In this document: piece by piece, positions 19,160 to 27,520 of the stretch
How positions within the stretch are numbered: the first letter of the stretch is position 1
Layout: each line of letters begins with the position of its first letter
From: an uncultured Nitrospirales bacterium
GTDB taxonomy: Bacteria; Hydrogenedentota; Hydrogenedentia; Hydrogenedentales; GCA-2746185
Assembly (NCBI GenBank): GCA_964411925.1
Contig: CAYPNI010000003.1
Coordinates: 2,175 to 66,174, forward strand
Direction: 5' to 3'
DNA: 64,000 nt
The notes under the pieces: model-generated
Told to the model about the DNA's origin: nothing
What the model saw: only the letters and a program-made list of their open reading frames with translations
Databases searched by the model: none
Translations under genes and position numbers: made by a program

Positions 19160-21129
19160 TAGTTCCCCGTCTTCGCCGCGAGTTTCATCAGCAACTGATT
19201 CGCGTCCACCTGGTCGCCCACGGCGACGGATATCGACTCGACTTCGCCGTCGTAGGGCGCAACGATTTGGTTTTCCATTTTCATCGCCTCGATGACGACG
19301 AGTATCGCGCCTTTGGCGACGGCCGCGCCGCGCTGGGCGTTTACGCGCACGACCTGGCCCACCATCGGCGCTTTGATGACACCGTCGCCCGCAGCAGCCG
19401 AAGTCTCCGGCGGGGCATAGGTCACGTCGGTGAACGAGTCTGTCCGGTCGCGGAATCTCAGGTGCAGGCGGTCGCCATCGAAGGCGAAACGGGCGGACTC
19501 TGAATGGTCGCCGGACTGGATGCGCAGCGTGTCGTCGTCGAAATGCGTCACGAGGACTTGGGCACGCTGACCGGCGTGCTCCAGAGCATATGAGTTGTTA
19601 TTCATGGAGATATTCAGCGGACACACCTGATCGTTCCACGCCAGCCGCAACCGTACGAACGCATTCCCGGTCGATCGCCAACCCTTCAACAACCCAGGCA
19701 CGTTGCGCGCCGCTCGCTCGATGTAAGCCGCGCCCGCGACGAGCCAGTGCAACGCGTCCGGAGCGTCGTCGTGCTCGTCGAGAATGCGGGAGTTGTCCAG
19801 GAAGCTCGTGTGCGCGTTGCCCGAAACGAATTCCGGATGCCGGACGATGCGGCGCAGAAGCGCGGCGTTCGTCCGGATTCCCAGCACGAGCGTCTCGCGG
19901 AGCGCCGCATCGAGCTGGTCCAGCGCCTCATCGCGCGTTGCACCGGCGGCGATGATCTTGGCAAGCATTGAATCGTAAAACGGCGAGACCACGTAGCCGT
20001 TTGCGAGGCCGTGATCCACGCGCACGCCGAGCGGCTCCGGCGATTCCCATCGCAGCACGCGGCCGACCTGCGGCGCGAACCCTGCCGACGGGTCTTCGGC
20101 GTACAACCGCACCTCGATGGCGTGGCCGTCGAGTTCGACATCGTCCTGCGCCAGCCGCAGCGGGTCGCCCTGGGCAACGCTCAACTGCAACGCGACTAGA
20201 TCCAATCCCGTGACCATTTCCGTGACCGGGTGTTCAACCTGCAAGCGCGTGTTCACTTCGAGGAAGTAGAATTTGCCGTCGTCGTCGAGCAGGAACTCGA
20301 CGGTGCCGGCGTTCACGTAGCCCGCGGACTGCGCGGCGTTCACCGCGGCGGCGCCCATGGCCTGGCGCAGCTCCGGCGTCATCGCGGGGCACGGCGATTC
20401 CTCGATGATCTTCTGGTGACGGCGCTGGACCGAGCAGTCGCGCTCGCCGAGATGGATGCAGTGGCCGTGCTCGTCGGCGAGGATCTGAATCTCGACGTGC
20501 CGCGCGTGTTCGATGAGTTTTTCGACGATGAGGTCGCCGGAGCCGAACGAGTTTTTCGCCTCGGACCGCGCGCCGCGCAGGGCTTCGTCCAGTTCGTTCT
20601 CCGACGCCACGCGCCGCATGCCGCGTCCACCGCCGCCCGCGGACGCCTTGAGCAAGACGGGGAATCCAATCTTTTTCGCCTCGGCCTTCAGCGTGGCGTC
20701 GTCCTGCTTCTCGCCCTCGTACCCGGGTACGCAAGGCACGCCCGCCGCGCGCACGAGCCGCTTCGCCTCGGCCTTGTTGCCGAGCGCGTGGATGGCGGCG
20801 GGTGGCGGCCCGATGAAGACGATGCCGGCCTGCGCGCAGGCCTCGGCGAAGGCACGGTTCTCGCTCAGGAACCCGTAGCCGGGATGGATCGCCTGCGCGC
20901 CCGTGTGCTTCGCCGCGGCGATGACGCGATCGATGTTCAAGTACGACTGCGCGGCGACGGACGGTCCGAGATGTACAGCCTCGTCCGCCATCGTTACGTG
21001 CGGCGCGCCGGCGTCCGCGTCGCTGTAGACCGCGACGGTGCGGTAACCCTCGGCGCGGGCCGTCCGGATGACGCGGCACGCGATCTCGCCGCGGTTCGCG
21101 ATGAGAATCTTGTCGAAGCGGCGCGTCAT
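19159..21129 (-). CDS. Acyl-CoA carboxylase alpha subunit (biotin carboxylase + BCCP), methylcrotonyl/geranyl-CoA carboxylase type
   Basis: KILIANRGEIACRVIRT, ATP-grasp motifs, and a C-terminal biotinylation motif EAMKMEN. ATG 21129 forms an ATGA overlap with the hydratase stop. Confidence 0.92.
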   Translation of the reverse strand: MTRRFDKILIANRGEIACRVIRTARAEGYRTVAVYSDADAGAPHVTMADEAVHLGPSVAAQSYLNIDRVIAAAKHTGAQAIHPGYGFLSENRAFAEACAQAGIVFIGPPPAAIHALGNKAEAKRLVRAAGVPCVPGYEGEKQDDATLKAEAKKIGFPVLLKASAGGGGRGMRRVASENELDEALRGARSEAKNSFGSGDLIVEKLIEHARHVEIQILADEHGHCIHLGERDCSVQRRHQKIIEESPCPAMTPELRQAMGAAAVNAAQSAGYVNAGTVEFLLDDDGKFYFLEVNTRLQVEHPVTEMVTGLDLVALQLSVAQGDPLRLAQDDVELDGHAIEVRLYAEDPSAGFAPQVGRVLRWESPEPLGVRVDHGLANGYVVSPFYDSMLAKIIAAGATRDEALDQLDAALRETLVLGIRTNAALLRRIVRHPEFVSGNAHTSFLDNSRILDEHDDAPDALHWLVAGAAYIERAARNVPGLLKGWRSTGNAFVRLRLAWNDQVCPLNISMNNNSYALEHAGQRAQVLVTHFDDDTLRIQSGDHSESARFAFDGDRLHLRFRDRTDSFTDVTYAPPETSAAAGDGVIKAPMVGQVVRVNAQRGAAVAKGAILVVIEAMKMENQIVAPYDGEVESISVAVGDQVDANQLLMKLAAKTGN

Positions 21130-21947
21130 TCGACCTTTTCCACCCACGCCGCGGGCCGCTTCTCGAGGAACGCCTTGACCCCCTCCTGCCCCTCGTCGCC
21201 GCGGAGTTGGCCCGCAAACGCGTCGGCGGCCTCATCGAGCACGTCGGGCAGCGCCTTCACCATCGAATCCTGGATCACGCGTTTCGTTGCCGCGTTCGCG
21301 CCGGGCGCGCAGCGGCCGATGTCGTTCAAGACGGATTTCAGTTTCGCTTCGAGATCGGTCGCGTTGTCAGCGACGTAGTGCACGAGGCCTAGTTCCAGCG
21401 CGTGCCGGCCGTCGAAGCGGGCGCCGGACAGCGCGATACACCGCGCCTGCGTGATCCCGATACGCTGGACGACGAAGGGCGCGATTTGCGCCGGCACGAC
21501 GCCGAGGCTGGTTTCGCTGAGCGCGTACTTCGTGTCCGCGAGACTGATCGCGATGTCGGTCACGCAGACGAGGCCCAGCCCACCGCCGAACGCGGAACCT
21601 TCGATGACGCCGACGACGGTCTGCGGAATGGCATTGAATTCGGAGAGAAACTTGCCGAATTTGCGGTTGTTCACGGCGATCGGGTCGCGCTGGCCCTCGT
21701 TGGGTTTGGGCGCGGAGAAACTCTCCTTGAACCCGCGAATGTCGCCGCCCGAGCAAAACGTGCCGTCCGCGCCGCGCAGGACAATTGTGCGCACGGAGCG
21801 ATCCGGCGCGAGCAGCCGCGCGACGCTGGAAAGCTCGTCGACGACTTCGCCGTTGATCGCATTCTTGAATTCAGGCCGGTTAATCGTAACGTAGACGCGC
21901 GAGCCTTCGCGCCGTACGATCAGCGTCTTCAGATCGGGGATCGACAT
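21126..21947 (-). CDS. Enoyl-CoA hydratase/isomerase (crotonase) family protein
   Basis: 273 aa. FCSGGDI oxyanion motif and GSAFGGGLGLV. Confidence 0.9.
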   Translation of the reverse strand: MSIPDLKTLIVRREGSRVYVTINRPEFKNAINGEVVDELSSVARLLAPDRSVRTIVLRGADGTFCSGGDIRGFKESFSAPKPNEGQRDPIAVNNRKFGKFLSEFNAIPQTVVGVIEGSAFGGGLGLVCVTDIAISLADTKYALSETSLGVVPAQIAPFVVQRIGITQARCIALSGARFDGRHALELGLVHYVADNATDLEAKLKSVLNDIGRCAPGANAATKRVIQDSMVKALPDVLDEAADAFAGQLRGDEGQEGVKAFLEKRPAAWVEKVE

Positions 21948-21950
21948 CGT

Positions 21951-23156
21951 TCAGCCACCGCGCGACGGCAAAATGCCCATGTACTTGCAGATGATGCCGA
22001 GCATGATTTCGTCCGCGCCGCCGCCGATCGACGAGAGCCGCGCGTCGCGGTACTTCCGCGAAATGAGCGACTCGTCCATGAAGCCCATGCCGCCCCAGTA
22101 TTGCAGGCAGGCGTCGTTCACTTCGCGGTTGAGTCGGCCGGCCTTCAGCTTGGCCATGGACGCGAGCAGGGTGCAATCGCCGCCGTTGATGTGTATGTCG
22201 ATGGCCTTCCAGGTGAGCGCGTGCAGCGCCTCGACCTCGGTGAGCAGTTCCGCCATGCGGAAGTGGACGACCTGGTTGTGCAGGATCGGCTTGCCGAATG
22301 CGATGCGTTGTTGCGTGTATTTGATCGTGTCCTCAATCGCGCGGCGCTGGCCGGTGGTGGCGCCGCTGGCCGCGTAGAGCCGCTCCTCCTGGAACTGCAT
22401 CATCTGGTAGGTGAAGCCCATGCCCTCTTCGCCGATGAGGTTGCGTGCGGGCACCCGGACGTTCTCAAAATGCAGCTCGGCGGTGTCTGAGCTGTGCATG
22501 CCCATTTTCTTGAGCTTGCGCTCGACCGTGACGCCCTTCGCGCGTTTTCCGTTTTCCATCAGCGGCACGCAGATGAGGCTCTTGTTCCGGTGCGGGTTCG
22601 TCTCGTTGCCCGTATTGCACAACAGACAAATCCAGTCCGCCTGGGTGCCGCTCGTGATCCACATCTTGCCGCCGTTGATGACGTAGTCGCCGCCGTCGCG
22701 CACCGCGCGCGTCTTGATCGAGGCCACGTCCGACCCGGCGCCGACTTCCGAGACGCCAATGCAGGCGACGAGGTCGCCCGCGATAGACGGCGCGAGAAAT
22801 TCCTGACGCAACTCGTCCGAACCGAAACGCGCGAGCGCGGGCGTTGCCATATCCGTCTGCACGCCGATGGCCATGGGCACGCCGCCCGCGTTGCAATAGC
22901 CCAACGTTTCGTTCATCACGGCTTGGTACGAATAATCCAGCCCGAGCCCGCCGAACTGTTCCGGCTTGGTGATACCCAGCAGGCCCAAGTCGCCGAGCTT
23001 CTTGAAGACCTCGTGCGCCGGGAAAATCTCGGCCTCTTCCCATTCATCGATATGCGGGTTGATGTCCGACTCGATGAATTTCTTCAGCGTCCGCCGGATT
23101 TCTTCGTGTTGTTCCGTCAGACGGAATCCTGTGCCCTTATTCGTGTCGGTTGCCAT
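21951..23156 (-). CDS. Acyl-CoA dehydrogenase (isovaleryl/citronellyl-CoA dehydrogenase-like)
   Basis: 401 aa. GVSEVGAGSD, WITSG, and C-terminal YEGTSEI-type IGGGADEIM motifs. Confidence 0.92.
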   Translation of the reverse strand: MATDTNKGTGFRLTEQHEEIRRTLKKFIESDINPHIDEWEEAEIFPAHEVFKKLGDLGLLGITKPEQFGGLGLDYSYQAVMNETLGYCNAGGVPMAIGVQTDMATPALARFGSDELRQEFLAPSIAGDLVACIGVSEVGAGSDVASIKTRAVRDGGDYVINGGKMWITSGTQADWICLLCNTGNETNPHRNKSLICVPLMENGKRAKGVTVERKLKKMGMHSSDTAELHFENVRVPARNLIGEEGMGFTYQMMQFQEERLYAASGATTGQRRAIEDTIKYTQQRIAFGKPILHNQVVHFRMAELLTEVEALHALTWKAIDIHINGGDCTLLASMAKLKAGRLNREVNDACLQYWGGMGFMDESLISRKYRDARLSSIGGGADEIMLGIICKYMGILPSRGG

Positions 23157-23190
23157 GGCGCGTTGTCCTTTCGACTCAATCAGTCTCTGC

Positions 23191-23275
23191 GTGGCAGGTT
23201 TAAGCGGGTTTCAGCTGAAGCCTGTGTCACACTCGCTCGCACCGGCCTAAACACACCCCGTTTAAGCCTGCCACA
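23191..23275. repeat. Palindromic repeat element, copy A (GTGGCAGG-yTTAAGC family)
   Basis: GTGGCAGGTTTAAGCGGG at 23191 pairs with CCCGTTTAAGCCTGCCAC at 23257 (16/18). Internal GCTGAAGCCTGTGTCAC and GGCCTAAAC are degenerate copies. Lies between the acyl-CoA dehydrogenase and carboxyltransferase genes. Confidence 0.7.
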
Positions 23276-23286
23276 CTGCACATGCT

Positions 23287-24906
23287 CTACATTCTCGCCA
23301 CGCCGAAGGTGTTCGGCCGCAGTTTGCGCGCTTCGGCCTCGCGGACCGTGTCCAGACAAAACGCGAGCACCCGCCGGCTGTCGCGCGGGTCGATGAGGCC
23401 GTCGTCCCAGAGGCGTGCGGTCGCGTACAGTGCCTTGCCCTCGGCGTCGTAGGTGTCGATGACCTGTTGCTCCATCATCTTGAGCGCGTCGTAATTCGGC
23501 TCTTCACCCTTGGCCTTCGCGGATTCTTCGGCGACGATGGACATCGTTTTTGCAGCCTGTTGCCCGCCCATGACCGAAATCTGGTTGTTCGGCCACGCGA
23601 ATATGAACCGCGGGTCGTATGCGCGACCGCACATGCCGTAATTACCCGCGCCGAACGACGCACCGATGTGCAGCGTGAACTTGGGCACGGTCGCGTTCGC
23701 GACGGCCTGGATCATCTTCGAGCCGTGCTTGACGATGCCCCCGCGCTCGGCCTTCTTCCCGACGATATATCCGGTCGTGTTCTGCAGGAAGACCAGCGGC
23801 GTGCCGCTCTGGCAACAAATCTGAATGAACTGCCCGGCCTTGGTCGCGCCGTCCGGGTCGATGGGGCCATTGTTCGCCAGAATGCCGACCTCGTGACCGT
23901 GGATGCGCGCGTGCGTCGTGACTGTGTGCGGGCCGTAGGCCGGCTTGAAGTCGAGCAAGTCCGAGTCGTCCACAATGCGCGCGATGACCTCGCGGCAGTC
24001 ATACGGCTGGCGATAGTCCACCGGAACCGCGCCGAGGATTTCATCCGCGTCGTATTTCGGTTCGGGGCCGGAGAGCGGCGGCGGGATCGCGCCCGCGCGG
24101 TTCCAGCCGATCTTGCCGATGACCTCGCGGCACATGCGGATGCCGTCCGCGTCGTCCTCCGCGAGGTACTCCGCCGTACCCGGGCCGAAATAATGCATCT
24201 CGGCGCCGCCGAGTTCTTCGTCCGTCGCGATCTCGCCCGTCGCGGCCTTCAGCAGCGGCGGTCCGGCGAGGAAGATCTTCGAGCGGCCGCGCACGACGAT
24301 GAGGTAGTCGCACAGGCCGGATTGGTAGGCGCCGCCGGCAGTGGACGAGCCGTGCGTGACGCCGATGACGGGAATGCCGGCGGCGGAGAGCCGCGCGAGA
24401 TTCGCGAAACCGCGGCCGCCTTTGACGAACATCTCGGACTGGCGGAACAGGTTCGCGCCCGCGCTCTCGATCAGCTGCACGTAGGGCAGCTTGTTCAGCA
24501 TGGCGATTTCCTGCGCGCGCAGGCCCTTGTCGCCGCCGCGGGGAGTGGCCGCGCCGCCGCGGATGCCGGAATCGCTCGCGCTGATCATGCAGCGCACGCC
24601 GGAGACATAGCCGATGCCACAGATGTTGCCACCGCCGGAGATGTTTTTGTCGCCGTCGTCGTCGTGCATCTTGTAGCCGCAGAGTGTCGAGATCGCAAGA
24701 AACGGCGCGCCGCGGTCCAGCAGCAGGTCGATCCGTTCGCGTGGGAGTAACTGGCCGCGTTTGCGGAACTTGGGTTCGGACCGCGCGGAATTGGCCGCGA
24801 TCTTGGCCTCGAGTTCGCGGAATTCCCGGATCAGCGCGAGATGCGCGTCGCGGTTTGCGCGAAACGCATCGGACTTCAGGTCCACTTTGGATTCGAATCG
24901 GGGCAT
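23287..24906 (-). CDS. Acyl-CoA carboxylase carboxyltransferase (beta) subunit, MCC/GCC type
   Basis: Start at internal ATG 24906 (MPRFESKVDLKSDAFRANRD). The sequence matches the carboxyl_transferase family throughout (GGGNICGIGYVSG, GSSTAGGAY, ASFGAGNYGM). Confidence 0.92.
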   Translation of the reverse strand: MPRFESKVDLKSDAFRANRDAHLALIREFRELEAKIAANSARSEPKFRKRGQLLPRERIDLLLDRGAPFLAISTLCGYKMHDDDGDKNISGGGNICGIGYVSGVRCMISASDSGIRGGAATPRGGDKGLRAQEIAMLNKLPYVQLIESAGANLFRQSEMFVKGGRGFANLARLSAAGIPVIGVTHGSSTAGGAYQSGLCDYLIVVRGRSKIFLAGPPLLKAATGEIATDEELGGAEMHYFGPGTAEYLAEDDADGIRMCREVIGKIGWNRAGAIPPPLSGPEPKYDADEILGAVPVDYRQPYDCREVIARIVDDSDLLDFKPAYGPHTVTTHARIHGHEVGILANNGPIDPDGATKAGQFIQICCQSGTPLVFLQNTTGYIVGKKAERGGIVKHGSKMIQAVANATVPKFTLHIGASFGAGNYGMCGRAYDPRFIFAWPNNQISVMGGQQAAKTMSIVAEESAKAKGEEPNYDALKMMEQQVIDTYDAEGKALYATARLWDDGLIDPRDSRRVLAFCLDTVREAEARKLRPNTFGVARM

Positions 24907-25002
24907 ACGGTCGTGCCGGGACGCCGGCGGATTAGTTGTCAGGTTAACAATCTTGTGATCAAACCACATGGGCGCGGGTGGTTCAAGAATTGTCCCGTGC
25001 GA

Positions 25003-25091
25003 GTGTGGCAGGCCTAAGCGTAGTTTGCTTAGGCCTGTTCGCCGGTTCACGGATGTACAGGCTTAAGCTGAACTTCGCTTAAGCCTGCCAC
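25003..25091. repeat. Palindromic repeat element, copy B (same family as 23191-23275)
   Basis: GTGGCAGGCCTAAGCG at 25005 pairs with CGCTTAAGCCTGCCAC at 25076 (15/16). Two internal hairpins: GGCCTAAGC-gtagttt-GCTTAGGCC and CAGGCTTAAGC-tgaacttc-GCTTAAGCCTG. Lies 100-185 nt upstream of the carboxyltransferase start. Confidence 0.7.
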
Positions 25092-25209
25092 GCGCGAATC
25101 GATCACTGACGAAGGGAGATCCCCGCCTCCGCGGGAATGACAACAGGAAAGTGACGATGTTGAGAGTGGCCTCCCGGCGTGGCAGAGTACGCGCAATCGA
25201 GGAGGGCTG

Positions 25210-26190
25210 ATGATGCGCACGTTTACGATTGGGCTGATCATGTTCGCCGCCGTTGCAGCGGCACAACACAATCCCGCACTCCATCCCCACGACGACATGA
25301 ACAACTGGGGCAAGTGGGGCGCGGAGGACGAATTCGGCGCGACGAACTACATCACTCCGGAGTCGATTGTCGAAGCGGCGAAGCTGATCAAGAAGGGCAA
25401 AGTCTTCAGCCTGGCGATCCCGATCGAGCGCGGCGGGCCGATTTTCCCGACGCGTCACCCGCCGCACCATTTCATGTCCGCGACGGGAGCGGACCCGACG
25501 CGGGTTTCGCAGGGCGCGATGGACGTCGCGTTCACGGACGACTATATCTATATGCCGCTGCAAGGCTCGACGCAGTGGGACGCATTGCCGCACGAGTTCT
25601 ACGGCGGTCAGTTTTACAACGGCCACCCGGCGAGCATCGTCACGGCATCCGGTGCGCAGAAGCTCGGCATCGACAAGGTGCGCGACCGGTTCGTGGGCCG
25701 CGCGGTGTTGATTGACATCGTCGCGTACAAAGGCGGTACGCTCGAGCCGGGCTACGGCATCACGCGCGCGGACATCGAGGGCGCGCTTGCCAGGCAGAAA
25801 TCGAAGGTCAAGACGGGGGACATCGTGCTTGTCCGCACGGGCGCCGTGCCGCATTACTACACGCTGCCGGCGGCGGAGCGGGACAACTGGGTCAACGTGC
25901 AGACGGGGATCACGAAGGACGTGGTCCCGTGGGTACGCGACATGAAAATCGCGGCGATTGCGGCGGACAATCTCGGCGTCGAGCACGCGCCCAACGCCGA
26001 CGGCAAGAACTGGAACCTGCACGGCAACCTGCTGCGCGACCTGGGCGTCTTCCTTGGCGAGATCTGGTGGCTCGAGGATCTCGCGGCCGACTGCGCCGCG
26101 GACGGCCGCTACGAATTCTTTCTGTCGGCGCAGCCCCTGTACATCCCCGGCGCGGTGGGATCGCCACTCAACCCGATGGCGATCAAGTGA
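25210..26190 (+). CDS. Secreted cyclase-family protein (kynurenine formamidase/isatin hydrolase fold)
   Basis: 326 aa, signal peptide. The motif region reads QGSTQWDALPH where the family consensus is HxGTHxDxPxH, so both leading His positions are Gln. GDIVLVRTG follows. Confidence 0.75.
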   Translation: MMRTFTIGLIMFAAVAAAQHNPALHPHDDMNNWGKWGAEDEFGATNYITPESIVEAAKLIKKGKVFSLAIPIERGGPIFPTRHPPHHFMSATGADPTRVSQGAMDVAFTDDYIYMPLQGSTQWDALPHEFYGGQFYNGHPASIVTASGAQKLGIDKVRDRFVGRAVLIDIVAYKGGTLEPGYGITRADIEGALARQKSKVKTGDIVLVRTGAVPHYYTLPAAERDNWVNVQTGITKDVVPWVRDMKIAAIAADNLGVEHAPNADGKNWNLHGNLLRDLGVFLGEIWWLEDLAADCAADGRYEFFLSAQPLYIPGAVGSPLNPMAIK

Positions 26191-26966
26191 AACGCACCGC
26201 AGCTGTTGCGATTGCGATCCTCATCGCGCTTTCGGTCCCGGCGCGGGCAGACAATACGCTCGGACAGGCAGAAGAGGCGCTGAAGCGTTTCATTGCCTCA
26301 GAGCAACCCGCGCGCGCTCCTGCGTTGGTTTGGGGTCGTCAAGGGTTCGAAGTTCACGATGGGCCGCCCTTCTACCTGGAGGTTGCCAACGCCGGCTCCT
26401 ATCGCGTGCTGTCCGCGCCGGTTGTCACTCCGGACCAAGTGCACTTCATCATCGGGCGTAGCGGAAAGGACCCCGACTCCGGTGCGAGTGCGGACGAATT
26501 CAGGATGTACGTCGTCCTGACTCGGCGAGACGGTGAGTGGGCTGTGCAGTTTACGGTCCCGCTCTCAGACTCGGATCTGAACGCCGACTCGACTGAGGCA
26601 GCAAAGTCGACGATCGACAGCTTCTTCACGGCATGGAGCGCAGCGGATAATGACGCGGTTCATCGAAGTATCAACTTTCCTCACGTCTTTCTCGTTCGCG
26701 AGGGCCGCGCTTCCATCGCCAGGACGCCGGACGAACTGATCACCGACTTCGACGGACTGCGCGAGCGCGAGGGTTGGGCGAAGAGCGAGTATCACGGGTT
26801 CGAAGTCGTTCACGCGGACGACACCAAGGTCATTGCAAAACTTACCTTTACCCGCCATCACACTGACGGTGCTGTTTACAGCACGGTGCCGGTGGTCTGG
26901 GTCTTTACGAATCAGGACGGGCATTGGGGACTACAAGTGAGAATGATCCTGCCCTCGTTGAAATGA
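26187..26966 (+). CDS. Secreted NTF2/SnoaL-like (DUF4440-type) domain protein
   Basis: GTG 26187 overlaps the upstream TGA (GTGA). Signal peptide VKRTAAVAIAILIALSVPARA. C-terminal IDSFFTAWSAADNDAV...WVFTNQDGHWGLQ is typical of the NTF2-like fold. Confidence 0.65.
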   Translation: MKRTAAVAIAILIALSVPARADNTLGQAEEALKRFIASEQPARAPALVWGRQGFEVHDGPPFYLEVANAGSYRVLSAPVVTPDQVHFIIGRSGKDPDSGASADEFRMYVVLTRRDGEWAVQFTVPLSDSDLNADSTEAAKSTIDSFFTAWSAADNDAVHRSINFPHVFLVREGRASIARTPDELITDFDGLREREGWAKSEYHGFEVVHADDTKVIAKLTFTRHHTDGAVYSTVPVVWVFTNQDGHWGLQVRMILPSLK

Positions 26967-26970
26967 CAAC

Positions 26971-27032
26971 CGCGCCGAATCGTCGAAACGATTCGGCGCG
27001 ATGCCGCCGTCCGGTTGGCGGGCCCGGACGGC
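26971..27032. terminator. Two adjacent strong hairpins between convergent transcription units (bidirectional terminator candidate)
   Basis: CGCGCCGAATCGT-cgaa-ACGATTCGGCGCG (26971-27000) and GCCGTCCGG-N9-CCGGACGGC (27006-27032). There is no clear U-tract on the plus strand and a short T-run on the minus strand. Confidence 0.45.
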
Positions 27033-27052
27033 CTCCTCCCCCATGGAATGCC

Positions 27053-27241
27053 TTATAGGTGCGCGATGGGCGCGGTCGCGTGCGTGGACGCGACAAGCAC
27101 CCAGCATTTCGAATAGAGAACGGCGCCGAGGAAGGGCATGATGGGCGTCGAATACACGGCGCGCACTTGCATGCGGTAGAACTTCCTCAAGCACCACGCC
27201 AAAATCGGCGATTGCGTGCGAATGACTGTTTCCTGCTCCAC
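27053..27241 (-). CDS. Uncalled 62-codon ORF downstream of an orphan sigma-54 promoter
   Basis: GTG 27241 is preceded by GGGGGAG with a 7-nt spacer. Product: VEQETVIRTQSPILAWCLRKFYRMQVRAVYSTPIMPFLGAVLYSKCWVLVASTHATAPIAHL. About 80% of codons end in G/C by hand count, as estimated by eye for real genes here. I recognise no family. Confidence 0.35.
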   Translation of the reverse strand: MEQETVIRTQSPILAWCLRKFYRMQVRAVYSTPIMPFLGAVLYSKCWVLVASTHATAPIAHL

Positions 27242-27312
27242 GGTCTTTCTCCCCCGTGCCCGGACACTGCCGGGCCTTTCGCTCTCGTCGCTTCTTCCCC
27301 GCGGTCGCATGA

Positions 27313-27327
27313 GCAACGGTTGTGCCA
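27313..27327 (-). promoter_or_regulatory. Sigma-54 (-24/-12) promoter, orphan
   Basis: Minus strand reads TGGCAC-AACCG-TTGC, an exact consensus match, inside a 550-bp region with no called gene. A GCCCGG-N6-CCGGGC hairpin (27258-27275) lies in the predicted leader. Confidence 0.65.
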
Positions 27328-27520
27328 GATCGCGTTCGCGCCGGATTACCGGACTGTTTTGCGTCCACTGCGATTTATGCGCGTCCAAAAATGTCGCGCG
27401 CGGCGCCCAATCGCGCGAGCGTGTACGGAAATGTGCGCAGCCGGAGGCGCGCCTGATAGCATGAGCATGGCCGCGCGGATCGGGCGCGGCCGGGGCCTCA
27501 CTATCCGGGGGGATTCACCG

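Noticed and set aside
25175-25189. TGGCAG-N5-GCGC sigma-54-like string upstream of the cyclase-family gene
   Set aside because: The -12 element lacks the TT. The predicted start would also fall on or after the gene's Shine-Dalgarno (GAGGAGGG at about 25197), leaving no usable leader.
25929-26186. N-terminal extensions of listed ORFs, including 25929-26186, 27059-27520, 38060-38140, 55675-56136, 24907-25050, 9068-9244 and 33919-34041
   Set aside because: The extensions overlap the preceding gene or are Arg/Pro-rich with no signal peptide. In each case an internal ATG or GTG with a Shine-Dalgarno sequence, or a 4-nt stop/start overlap, begins the recognisable protein or signal peptide.
26340-26360. 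GGTTCGAA strings resembling tRNA T-arm sequences (also near 26800 and 58680)
   Set aside because: All lie inside well-supported coding sequences and lack acceptor or anticodon stem complements. I found no tRNA or rRNA gene.
26931-27368. 145-aa minus-strand ORF spanning the empty gap
   Set aside because: Its product is Arg/Gly/His-rich. It runs through both terminator hairpins and into the convergent gene. The overlapping 62-codon frame has the better ribosome-binding site and codon bias.
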